From: Candidatus Latescibacterota bacterium
Lineage (GTDB): Bacteria > Latescibacterota > UBA2968 > UBA8231
Direction of reading: 5' to 3'
NCBI GenBank assembly: GCA_965248265.1
Contig: CBDFJF010000002.1
Coordinates: 1,632,001-1,696,000 of the forward strand
Length of the DNA: 64,000 nt
A program made the translations under genes and the position numbers. The notes under the pieces are model-generated. The model was not told where the DNA came from. It worked only from the letters and a program-made list of their open reading frames with translations, and searched no databases. Positions 38,301-46,665 of this stretch are shown here, piece by piece. Position 1 is the stretch's first letter, and every line of letters begins with the position of its first letter.

Positions 38301-39656
38301 CCGCACAGGTTGAGACTCAGCACGCTCAGCGAGCGCACTGGCGACGACACCCTGTCATTCACTGTCGATCTTGGCGGTGGCTTCAGCGGCGTCGGAGATT
38401 TGTTCGTCCGGGTGGTGGAGCCAATAGACGAAAGCACGTTCGCTGTGCGCGTGGTGCCGAATGCGCTCAATGTCGAGTTCCTCAGCTTGTTCGTGGTGTC
38501 GAGGGTCGAGTTGGCGAGTATACCGTCAGTCGTCTTTTCCTATGGCACCACGGACACGACCATCGCGGTCACCCAGATTGAGAGTGAGCTGGAGAACACG
38601 GGCGTCCTCATCTGGTCCGGCAGCGCCAATGTGCCACCGGGCACGGTCGGCGAGATAATCGTCGGTGCGCACGCCACGACTCAGTCCGGCACCAACGTCG
38701 TTGACGCTGCGTCCGTCGTCATCGGCACGGTGACAGCCGGCAAGGCGGTGGTGCTCAACCACGGAGGTACCGAGGTCGCCGTGCCGGCGGGTGCTGTCGA
38801 GCGCGACACCAGGATCCTCCTGCAGACCGAGTCCGAGGCGGCGCCCGAAGCACAGGATGGCGCGTCCGCGGACGGTCCACCAGAGCTGACCCTGCGCACG
38901 GTCGTCAACCTGTACCCGGTCGATCTGATCCTGGCGCGAGATATCACCCTGAGGTCCGGTTCGAAGCAGCACGACCAGGCTGACGGTCTGTACAGGTTTG
39001 AGAGTGGCGGTTGGGCCTATATCGGTGCGGCCACGCATGCCGTCAGTGTCGGTAGCTTCGGTCGCTATGCCATCATGCGCGACGGGCGCGCTCCTGCGAT
39101 CGAGATCACGACCGAGCCGAGTGCGGGCGGCCCGGAAATGAGCGCCACCGTCACGGATGGCGGCAGCGGTATCGATCCCGACGGGATCACAGTGAGTCTG
39201 GACGGCGAGCCGGTAGGGGGGGTCACTTTCAATCGGGGCGAGCTCCTGTGGGTGCCGCCTGCACCTGTCGGGGCAGGAATTCACGATCTCGAGATCACCG
39301 TCGTCGACCGCGCCGCGAACAGGACCGTCCGCCGGCTCAGCTTCAGGGTTGGAGGGAACACGCTCCCGACCGTTCTGGCGCTGGGAAACAACTACCCCAA
39401 CCCGTTCAATCCGGAGACCGTTATTCCGTTCACCGTGCCAGAGTCTCCTGAGCCCGTCAGAGTCCGGCTGGCCATCTACAACAGCGCGGGGCAGAAGGTC
39501 CGAGTACTGCTCGACGGGCAGATAGTAGGATCGGGCAAGCATGAAGTTGCGTGGGACGGTCGGGACGAACTAGGCAGGAAAGCGGCCACCGGCATCTACC
39601 TGTATCGCCTTGAGGGTGCCGCCATGCTTACCAAGCAGATGGCCCTGCTGAAATAG
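35316..39656 (+). CDS. Large secreted protein with cadherin/Ig-like repeats and a C-terminal FlgD-Ig domain
   Basis: Signal peptide; repeated DLDD..D.D...LTW units; NYPNPFNP...WDGRDE...GIYLYRL C-terminus. Confidence 0.85.
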   Translation: MMKYAGALCLLASCLVLVAAEVGAQNGIRLREQGTNSDEVELEIGERITIEILADLGNVGASGISVFITVPRDNFHIVDQREVDEAAGDTTRQANAGTQPFIAGPLFEEAGESRNLLNSPDDVVNISDDLRLLEYAVVFGATGDRSRTGSGVVASFQLQAIRPTQHSEIRILTSPIYETRITLPEGGERQFKSSPQGMQISVLGLELLDIPDVILLPGEADSVQIGSLNQYVSNVLSDIDSLQWSFSSPVPSDSLEIEIDATDENTVKVRPLLEWSGSTRVTWTVVDSIAGARFVGPTPSASEFSDIIVNNPPEFVRDRLGRPLVSGPDGVKRDTVRFREDEHIFLSEGGLLDSRLAFRGVDLDSMVDDPDLFDPDEGLSYLVSTINVEVAEARVRGDDDQVTHDLLVWALPDFSGVDSLRVLVQDEARGLDSLRIIVEVEPVADAPEFILPTSERNLRISRGSTRTYPFGDLVEDPDTPLDSLMLTWVDDPGGHFYADTTRSSGELLVHINGDPLFIGQGQVTFEVTDGDSLKGTMVLSIESAEALPPDVFPSELPIKITPGGGRVQQNLDDFVEDPDNSDSELTWSVLLPHTSDIDVDDARQLNVQAPPDFVGYETVHLIVSDPSDQSDVLALRIYSSDGRPVVGGIPDVILDRGEQNKDIDLDDYSYDSDNTEQELTWRVLDGFDRDNLQVEIAPLTNLVTYFASEDAVFTTETVIFQVIDPDDRSWQDTVLVTVTMPVVEPDPFHIPPLQAEVGPVPTELIDLDDHLQISPLISRAGITWSIPRPGRIGTVVLKEGTSRVIAFSDSAGIDTVEFVATDSLGRTQRAITTIRYFGEHESLTLRAIPDITFIAGVASEELQLNDYISDRATHPDSLIEWRREVLGDHEGFIVRLSEDNKVQALSADTLTVQVVFIASNTATGVTGRDTINVIALDPALAVSPLKEFPEIVIAAGKVDTTIILNDFLPDGSEASTTNWQVSGQIITAPFIETSAPHRLRLSTLSERTGDDTLSFTVDLGGGFSGVGDLFVRVVEPIDESTFAVRVVPNALNVEFLSLFVVSRVELASIPSVVFSYGTTDTTIAVTQIESELENTGVLIWSGSANVPPGTVGEIIVGAHATTQSGTNVVDAASVVIGTVTAGKAVVLNHGGTEVAVPAGAVERDTRILLQTESEAAPEAQDGASADGPPELTLRTVVNLYPVDLILARDITLRSGSKQHDQADGLYRFESGGWAYIGAATHAVSVGSFGRYAIMRDGRAPAIEITTEPSAGGPEMSATVTDGGSGIDPDGITVSLDGEPVGGVTFNRGELLWVPPAPVGAGIHDLEITVVDRAANRTVRRLSFRVGGNTLPTVLALGNNYPNPFNPETVIPFTVPESPEPVRVRLAIYNSAGQKVRVLLDGQIVGSGKHEVAWDGRDELGRKAATGIYLYRLEGAAMLTKQMALLK

Positions 39657-39683
39657 CGAGTGACCGATAAGGAGCCGATGGGA

Positions 39684-40415
39684 ATGCTCACAACCCGAAA
39701 CCAGCAATCTGTCTTTGCCCGCCTCGGCCTGGTGGCACTGGCGTGGATCGTGCTGCTGTCCTGCGGCGGTGGCTCCGGCACGGGCCCTGACGAGATCAAG
39801 GAACGCGAGAAACAACTCAAGGACCGGCTTCCCGTTGACTGGACCCGATACAATGACGGTGACCTCGGCGGAGCGATCGATTTTTTCACCGCAACGCTGG
39901 ATGAAGCGGATGGGCTCGAAGGCGTCGAGGCCGTCAGGGATGAGGTCAAGTCGGAGGCCCAGAACGGGATCGGCTGGTCGTTCATGAACCAGCAGCAACT
40001 CGACGACGCCGAGCAGGCGTTCTCCATCGCCACAACTCTCAACCCGCGCAACGCTGACGCCTGGGTGGGTTGGGCTGGGGTCTCCCTGGCGCAGGGGGAT
40101 TTCGGCGATGTCGTGCAGTTCGTCATCCAGGCTCTGGAAGCCGAGCCGGATTACAACTCCGCGACACGGGTGGACTCCGACGAACGCTCCCTCGGCCACG
40201 ACGACATCGACGAACGGCATGTCCGGTTGATGCTGTCAGAGGCGTATTTCCACCTCGGGCGCTACAGTGTTAACGATCAGCAAGACCCCAATAACGCCGC
40301 TGCCCAGTTGACCTTGGTACACCAGAGTTACCGTTTCCAGAACCCGGGCCAGCTGCTCGACAGCCTCAGCGTCGCCATGCTCAGCTTGCAGAAAACCGTC
40401 TCCGTCGGGATGTGA
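39684..40415 (+). CDS. TPR-repeat lipoprotein
   Basis: Lipobox LLSC; TPR helices (AQNGIGW, ADAWVG); AAGGAG RBS. Confidence 0.8.
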   Translation: MLTTRNQQSVFARLGLVALAWIVLLSCGGGSGTGPDEIKEREKQLKDRLPVDWTRYNDGDLGGAIDFFTATLDEADGLEGVEAVRDEVKSEAQNGIGWSFMNQQQLDDAEQAFSIATTLNPRNADAWVGWAGVSLAQGDFGDVVQFVIQALEAEPDYNSATRVDSDERSLGHDDIDERHVRLMLSEAYFHLGRYSVNDQQDPNNAAAQLTLVHQSYRFQNPGQLLDSLSVAMLSLQKTVSVGM

Positions 40416-40436
40416 GGCACCGTCCCGTCTCGAGCA

Positions 40437-41669
40437 TCAGACTTGCCCGGTTCCTTCCCTCTCTTCACCCACCCTCGACCTCCGCAATAGCAACGCGTAA
40501 AGCGGCACCACCGGCAGCAACAAGAATGCCGAGCTCAGCAAAGCGGCACGCAGGCCCAACCGCTCGCCAACAGCTCCAGCGACTGGACCTCCAAAGACCT
40601 GGCCGATGGCGTCCATCTGGCTGTTGATGGAAAAGATCGTTGCGCGCACGTGCGGTTGGTCGATGTGTAGATTGAGCCAGGTGTTGTACAGAGGCTGTGA
40701 ACCTGCGTGCAAGGCCCTCTCTATACAATACAAGAGGAGCGCCAACCACCACTGGCCCGCCAGGGCTATGGCGGAAATACTGATCACGAGAAGCACGGAG
40801 ATCACCTGTAGAGCGCGCATCAGCGATTCCTTCGACACCATGTCCACGCGGCGACGTGTGACCTCGACCGCCAGCACCCCCAAAGCACGGGCGCAAGCAC
40901 TGGCCAGGCCGAACCAGATCACTGGTTGAAAATTTGCCGGGAGGCCGATAGCCAGCACGTGCGGTACCCAAAGCCGGTCGAAACCCTCACTGTGCAGGCC
41001 GTAGACGAAACTGACCGTCAACAGCAACCCGAAGCCTCGCTGGCGTCTTGTCAACGACCGGGCGGCCGCTACTGTGTGCCGAATCGTCCCCCAGGTTCGC
41101 CGCTCCTCCCGTGAAACGGGGACAAACCCTCGCTCTGGCATGAGGAACGACAAAACGATGGCCAGCAGCAGCATGCCGGCACCCCCTGCCGTAACCGCCG
41201 CTTGCACGCCGTACAGACCCACACCAACGCCAACCCCAATACCCGCGAAGGCTCCGATCTGATCCCATTGGGCTCCTCGTGTGAAAGCCTCAGCCGCCCG
41301 CGCCTCGCCCACTTCATCGACGATCCAGGCTTCGGTTGCGCCACTGCAGAATGTATATCCCAGCCCCCACATAACGTGTCCGAACAACACGGCTTCAAAG
41401 ACGGGAACAAAACCGACTATGACGAAACCGCAACCAGTCAGCGCAGTGCCAATCAGTATAGAGAGGCGTCGGCTCTTTACGTCGGCCAGAATTCCGGTAG
41501 GGATTTCAAAGAGAAAGCCTGACAGTTCGAGAGCCGTGCCCACAAGCACCATCTGTAGCGGGCCCAAGCCGACGACCTGAGCCTGGTAGAGCAGATTGAC
41601 CGTGAATATTGCTTGCAGAAACAGCGCGGAGAAGAATCGCAGAACCAGATACGAACTCCAGGCACTCAC
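40437..41669 (-). CDS. MFS efflux transporter, TetA(P)-like family
   Basis: PLQMVLVGTALE..FLFEIPTG..AD..SRRLS and SEGFDRLW motifs, shared with TetA(P)-type MFS proteins. Confidence 0.85.
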   Translation of the reverse strand: MSAWSSYLVLRFFSALFLQAIFTVNLLYQAQVVGLGPLQMVLVGTALELSGFLFEIPTGILADVKSRRLSILIGTALTGCGFVIVGFVPVFEAVLFGHVMWGLGYTFCSGATEAWIVDEVGEARAAEAFTRGAQWDQIGAFAGIGVGVGVGLYGVQAAVTAGGAGMLLLAIVLSFLMPERGFVPVSREERRTWGTIRHTVAAARSLTRRQRGFGLLLTVSFVYGLHSEGFDRLWVPHVLAIGLPANFQPVIWFGLASACARALGVLAVEVTRRRVDMVSKESLMRALQVISVLLVISISAIALAGQWWLALLLYCIERALHAGSQPLYNTWLNLHIDQPHVRATIFSINSQMDAIGQVFGGPVAGAVGERLGLRAALLSSAFLLLPVVPLYALLLRRSRVGEEREGTGQV

Positions 41670-41930
41670 AGAGAAACCACCCCTCTATCAAAGGGGCAAC
41701 GGGAAACGGGCAACAATAGAAGAGACATGGAAAGTGGACCGGGATGGCTGTGGTATTGAGCAGCTCTGCCCACGAAGCTATTGGCAGCATTGGTACAATA
41801 GCCAGCGAAAAGCTACATCCGCAGGTCGAATTAGGCTGTGACACCGAGTTCACCTTTCTTGTTGAGCGTGGTTTCGCCCTCGGTGTGCCACACGTACCGC
41901 TTGCTGAATGAATAGGGAAGGGAGTGTTGC

Positions 41931-42821
41931 ATGCAGGCACAGCTGCCCATAAGAGTTCTAGGACGCACTGAACTACAGGTGACCCAGCTCGGTTTCGGCG
42001 CCATGGAGCTGCGTGGTGTGAGAGAAGAGGCCACGGAGCAACGGGCAGAAGCCGTCCTCAACGGAGTGTTGGATGCGGGCATCAACTTCATCGATACGGC
42101 TCCGGACTACGGCCTGAGTGAGGTTCGCATCGGCAGGTACATCAGCCACCGGCGGGATGAGTACCTACTGGCGACCAAATGCGGTTGCAACGTGGGCCCG
42201 GAAGGTGTCAGGTACGAGCCCCGGCACATTTGGACGGCAGAGCAGTTGCGCAAGAACATGGAGGAAAGCCTGCAGCGCATGAAAACCGATCACGTCGACC
42301 TGCTGCAGTTGCACAATGCAACGGTCGAAGATGTCGAGGAGGGCGGTCTCGTCGAGGTCCTGCAGGAATTGAGGCAGTCGGGCAAGACTCGGTTCGTCGG
42401 TGTCTCTACCGACGGGCCCGATCTATTACAGTTTGCCCGCAGGGGTGTTTTCGACACCTTTCAGATCCCTTATTCGGCCCTGGATCGTCGCTTTGAAGCC
42501 ATGATGCGAGAAGCTGCTGAGCTTGGTGCCGGCATCATCATCCGTGCCGGTGTCGCCAAGGGTCATCGGGGAGGCGCCGAGCGTCAGGACAAATGGGACC
42601 GTGCCCGCTTGCAGGAATTATCCGAAGGCATGAATCGGCACGAGTTCGTGTTGCGGTTTACGCTGACTAATCCGGACTGCCATACGACCATCGCTGGCAC
42701 GACCGATCCGGATCACCTCGCGGCCAACGTATCGGCGGCCAGCGCCGGCCCGCTCCCCGATGCGACCTACCAGCAGGCCAAGCAGCGCCTGGCCCAGATC
42801 GGGGAGAAGCCGGAGGACTGA
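41931..42821 (+). CDS. Aldo/keto reductase
   Basis: LGFGAM, GINFIDTAPDY, ATKCG, DLLQLH. Confidence 0.92.
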   Translation: MQAQLPIRVLGRTELQVTQLGFGAMELRGVREEATEQRAEAVLNGVLDAGINFIDTAPDYGLSEVRIGRYISHRRDEYLLATKCGCNVGPEGVRYEPRHIWTAEQLRKNMEESLQRMKTDHVDLLQLHNATVEDVEEGGLVEVLQELRQSGKTRFVGVSTDGPDLLQFARRGVFDTFQIPYSALDRRFEAMMREAAELGAGIIIRAGVAKGHRGGAERQDKWDRARLQELSEGMNRHEFVLRFTLTNPDCHTTIAGTTDPDHLAANVSAASAGPLPDATYQQAKQRLAQIGEKPED

Positions 42822-43080
42822 TCCGGAGCCGTACTTCAATGGGAGCCTACATTCTATCGCCAGTTTGTAGATGGCGGGGCTCGCGTCAGAGCGCGATGAG
42901 GTGGTATCGTCCGCTATGTCAAGCCCAGCGACTCGTCTTCATGAGTCCCTCGAGGGGTTCGCCCATGATCTCCACGTCCGTCGCGGAAGGCTACCTCTTG
43001 ACACTGTTCAAAGCTCGGCCCACTACATGTGAGAATTGTGAAGAGGGTGGTTGCGTCACATGCGTGGAATGAGGGGGGAG

Positions 43081-44079
43081 ATGACTGAAGAGCCTATCAT
43101 CAGGGTCGAGTCTCTCGGACGTGTCTACCGGCACATACACCGAGAGCCCGGCCTCTGGGGTGCCGTCAAGTCTTTCGTCCATAAACAGACCGTGGAGATT
43201 GCGGCGGTGAAGGAGTTGGATTTCGAGATCGTTCCGGGGGAGTTCGTCGGCTTTATCGGTCCCAACGGTGCAGGCAAGACCACGACGATGAAGATGCTCT
43301 CCGGGGTGCTCCACCCTTCTGGTGGGCAGGCTCGTGTCCTCGGCTACACGCCACACGAGCGCCACCACGATTATCTGCGGCAGATCGCCTTCGTCATGGG
43401 GCAGAAAGGCACCTTGTTCTGGGAGCTGCCGGCGATGGAGATGTTCCTGCTGACACGCGACATGTACGAGATCCCTGTCGCTGATTTCGACCGGTCACTC
43501 GAGACGCTGACCCGTCTCCTGGATGCCGGCGAATTCCTCGACGTGCAGACCCGTCTGCTCAGTCTGGGGCAGCGGATGAAGTGCGAGCTGATAAACGCCT
43601 TGTTGCACATGCCCCGGGTGTTGTTCCTCGACGAGCCGACCATCGGACTCGACGTGGCAAGCCAGAGGGCGGTCCGCGAATTCTTCCGGCGCTACAATGA
43701 GGAGACGGGGGCCACGATCCTGCTCACCAGTCACTACCTCGAAGACATCAAGTCGCTCTGCCAACGCATCATCTTCATCGCCGATGGTGCGATCGTCTTC
43801 GACGGCCCCCTCGAGCAGATCATGGCGCGTTACGCGCCTAACGTGCACGTCTCCTTCGTCTGCGACGACGACGAGCACGTGGCGGAGGCCGAGTTGCGTC
43901 CACTGGGCGAACCCGAGATCGACGTCGAGAACGGCGCCGTGCGCCTGCGGGTCGCCCGCGACGAGGTGACCCAGGTGGCGCGGGAACTGTTGAACCGCTA
44001 CAGGTTATCCAACATCCTGGTCGAGGAGCCTTCGCTGGAAGAGGTCGTCACAGCGCTGGTAACCGGTGATGCTCGGTAA
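43081..44079 (+). CDS. ABC exporter ATP-binding protein
   Basis: GPNGAGKTT, LSLGQRMK, DEPTIGLD. Confidence 0.92.
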   Translation: MTEEPIIRVESLGRVYRHIHREPGLWGAVKSFVHKQTVEIAAVKELDFEIVPGEFVGFIGPNGAGKTTTMKMLSGVLHPSGGQARVLGYTPHERHHDYLRQIAFVMGQKGTLFWELPAMEMFLLTRDMYEIPVADFDRSLETLTRLLDAGEFLDVQTRLLSLGQRMKCELINALLHMPRVLFLDEPTIGLDVASQRAVREFFRRYNEETGATILLTSHYLEDIKSLCQRIIFIADGAIVFDGPLEQIMARYAPNVHVSFVCDDDEHVAEAELRPLGEPEIDVENGAVRLRVARDEVTQVARELLNRYRLSNILVEEPSLEEVVTALVTGDAR

Positions 44080-44866
44080 GCTGCTCAAATACCGCCGGTT
44101 GATTCTGGTGGAGTCGCAGGGCGCCCTGGCCCACCGCTTCAGCGTATTCTGCTCGATCGCCGTCTTCATTTTTCCGGTGGTGGCCAAGGTCGTGTTCTGG
44201 AAGGCCGTGTACGGGGCCGGTGAGGGCGACATCGCCAGCTTCGACGTCACAGACATGGTCATGTATCTGCTGGTGTTCAACTTCGTCTTCGAAACGACCT
44301 GGGTCTACAAAGGGGGCCTGCGCCACGACATCCTGGGCGGCGGCCTCACGCGCTACCTCCTGATGCCGGCCAATTACGTGTTGGCCCGCTTTTTCGAGGA
44401 GTTCGGTACAAAGCCGCCGCGATGGGTCAGCTCCGCTTTTCTGTTCATCGTCCTGCTCCTGTTCTTTCGCCAGGATCTGCGCTTCGTCAGCGACCTGTGG
44501 GTCTACCCCGCCGGCGCGCTCGCCATGGGCATTGGGTTCGTCCTTGGATTCCTCCTCTGGATGCTCGTGGGGTTCGTCACTTTCTGGACGGAGAGCGACG
44601 TGCCGTTCATCGATCACGCTTACCGGCTGTTCAGCGGTTTCCTGGTACCCATAGTCTTCCTACCTGAATGGCTGGAGCACGTGGGCGCCGTGTTGCCCTT
44701 CCAGTACGTGATTTATTTCCCGGCCATGGTATTGATCGGCAAAGTCGAGCCCGCGGCCTTCGCGCACGGGATCGCCACGCAACTGGTGATGATCGCTGCT
44801 CTAGTCTTGGCCATCCATCTTGTGCTAAAACGCGGCGTGCGTCGATATGGAGCCTACGGTGGATAA
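44069..44866 (+). CDS. ABC-2 family permease (DUF990 type)
   Basis: Six TM segments; LPFQY..YFP; ends YGAYGG. Confidence 0.85.
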   Translation: MLGKLLKYRRLILVESQGALAHRFSVFCSIAVFIFPVVAKVVFWKAVYGAGEGDIASFDVTDMVMYLLVFNFVFETTWVYKGGLRHDILGGGLTRYLLMPANYVLARFFEEFGTKPPRWVSSAFLFIVLLLFFRQDLRFVSDLWVYPAGALAMGIGFVLGFLLWMLVGFVTFWTESDVPFIDHAYRLFSGFLVPIVFLPEWLEHVGAVLPFQYVIYFPAMVLIGKVEPAAFAHGIATQLVMIAALVLAIHLVLKRGVRRYGAYGG

Positions 44867-45656
44867 CATCCGACGTCACATCCGAGTCATCGGACGCTTG
44901 TGGCTGATCTCGGTTCAGCGAGGCCTGGCCTTCCGCTGGCAATTCATCACCGATCTACTCAACGAGGCTGTCGCTGTGGCGCTGGCTTTGTTGATGTTCG
45001 ACATCGCCTACGACCATGCGCCTGAGATCGGTGGATGGGATCAGTGGCGGACGATGGTGCTCGTGGGCGTGTTCCAGCTTTACTCAGTGCTGCTGGCCAC
45101 GTTTTTGAGACCGAATTTGGGAGAGATGACGCGGACGATCTACGATGGCGATCTCGATGGCCTGCTGCTGCGCCCGGTCTCGGCGCAGTTGCTGATCTCC
45201 CTGCGCCAGATCCAGGTCACGGGACTGCTGCGCGTCTTACCTGGAGTGGCCGTCATCATCTACGCGCTGCAGGCTCTCGAGTACACGCCGAGGTCGTTCG
45301 ATGTCGGCGTCGCCGCTGCCCTGTTGCTTTCCGGCATCGTGCTGGTCTACTCACTCTGGTTCATGTCGATGACGCTGGAGTTCTGGTTTCAAGGGCTGTG
45401 GAGTTGGCAGCAACTGGTCCCCAATGTCTTCGCCTTCGCCCAATACCCGGCAGGGGTCTACAAGGGGACGATGAAGCTGCTGTTCCTGACGGTCGTACCG
45501 GTCGTGCTCGTGGCGAATTTCCCAACGCAGGCGTTGGTGGGTGAGTGGTCGGTCTGGACAGCTATGTACAGCATGGGATTGGCCAGTCTGTTGTTGATAC
45601 TAAGCAGTCTGCAGTGGCGTCTGGCTCTGCGGCGCTACACCAGTGCCAGCTCGTAG
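44847..45656 (+). CDS. ABC-2 family permease (DUF990 type)
   Basis: GDLDGLLLRPV; ends ALRRYTSASS. Confidence 0.87.
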   Translation: MEPTVDNIRRHIRVIGRLWLISVQRGLAFRWQFITDLLNEAVAVALALLMFDIAYDHAPEIGGWDQWRTMVLVGVFQLYSVLLATFLRPNLGEMTRTIYDGDLDGLLLRPVSAQLLISLRQIQVTGLLRVLPGVAVIIYALQALEYTPRSFDVGVAAALLLSGIVLVYSLWFMSMTLEFWFQGLWSWQQLVPNVFAFAQYPAGVYKGTMKLLFLTVVPVVLVANFPTQALVGEWSVWTAMYSMGLASLLLILSSLQWRLALRRYTSASS

Positions 45657-45729
45657 GCTGGCCGGCGACAAGTACAAAAAAACCATCAGCGCCGGCATTC
45701 CCTGCGAACTCGCCGGGAGACGTCGTCTT

Positions 45730-46665
45730 CTATTCAGCAACGGTACCGTACTTGGTCTGTAGCTGGGAAGGAATCCGGGCGGCGACTTGGAGCTTGAGTT
45801 CGCCCGTGTCTTCGACAAACGGGCGGGCGAGGTATTTCGCCTTGCCACCGATGTGAAGGATGGCGGGATCCGTCTTTCGCGTGGGCAAGCGGATAACGTC
45901 ACCCGCTGTTAGTTGCTCTGCCTCGGCAACGGTCACGGAGGTGCGGCCGAGGACGGCTGTGGTGGGCAGGTCCATGGCACCCACGCGGAGGCGATTTGCA
46001 TGGCGGAGCTCCTCGCCCGTAGCGCCTTGCCGAGGCGGGATGCGGTTTTGTCCAGATTGGTCGAAACTGGCCAGAATCGGCTGTAGGGTCCGGTACGGAT
46101 AGCACATCGAAATCCGGCCCTTCGCATTGGTCGAGTTCACTCCGAAAGCGAGCATGAGGACGATCTCGTTGTCGGGGACGATCGTCATGAACTCGGGGTT
46201 GGTTTCGAGCTCGATATCGTGGACCTCACATTCCACGACGCTCTTCCAGATATCTTCCAGATCCCAGATGGCCTGCCTGATCGGACTGACGAATATGCCC
46301 ATCTCGGTCTGCGATATCTGTCTCGGCTCGACGTCAGAGCCGCACCCCTTGCCGCCGAAGGCTCGATCGACAACCCCGAAGACGATCGGCATCTGGAAGT
46401 CAATGATGACCTGACCGTCATACATATCCTTCGGACCGAGGTGAAACTGATACGCCACACCCGGGTTGGACAGCGACTGGATGAACTCGCGGTAGGTGGT
46501 CTGATCGACAAACTCGATGTCGACATCGACGATCGACCGCATCAGGTTGTTGAAGGAAATATTCAAGAGCCTGGCGAATTCCTCGTGCAGGTTCTGCACA
46601 AACCGCATCTGCGCCTTGTTCATCCTGGCCGGGTGCTTGAAATCGTATTCTATGATCCGACTCAT
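45730..46665 (-). CDS. fliM: FliM-like flagellar switch protein lacking the N-terminal CheY-binding peptide
   Basis: Starts MSRIIEYDFKHP; LHEEFAR, TYREFI, FGGKG, ETNPEF; C-terminal SPOA domain; ATGA overlap with fliG. Confidence 0.88.
   Translation of the reverse strand: MSRIIEYDFKHPARMNKAQMRFVQNLHEEFARLLNISFNNLMRSIVDVDIEFVDQTTYREFIQSLSNPGVAYQFHLGPKDMYDGQVIIDFQMPIVFGVVDRAFGGKGCGSDVEPRQISQTEMGIFVSPIRQAIWDLEDIWKSVVECEVHDIELETNPEFMTIVPDNEIVLMLAFGVNSTNAKGRISMCYPYRTLQPILASFDQSGQNRIPPRQGATGEELRHANRLRVGAMDLPTTAVLGRTSVTVAEAEQLTAGDVIRLPTRKTDPAILHIGGKAKYLARPFVEDTGELKLQVAARIPSQLQTKYGTVAE

Noticed and set aside
38526-39542. Long antisense ORFs (for example 38526-39542, 36834-38024, 29848-30771, 62729-63631)
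   Set aside because: Shadow ORFs opposite well-supported genes in GC-rich DNA, with no recognisable motifs
42998-43029. Novel long-spacer promoter class TTGAC(A/C)-N20-TA (also at 5955 and in the 53-bp repeat)
   Set aside because: Only three independent, hand-picked cases; canonical 16-17 nt spacers occur elsewhere in the window
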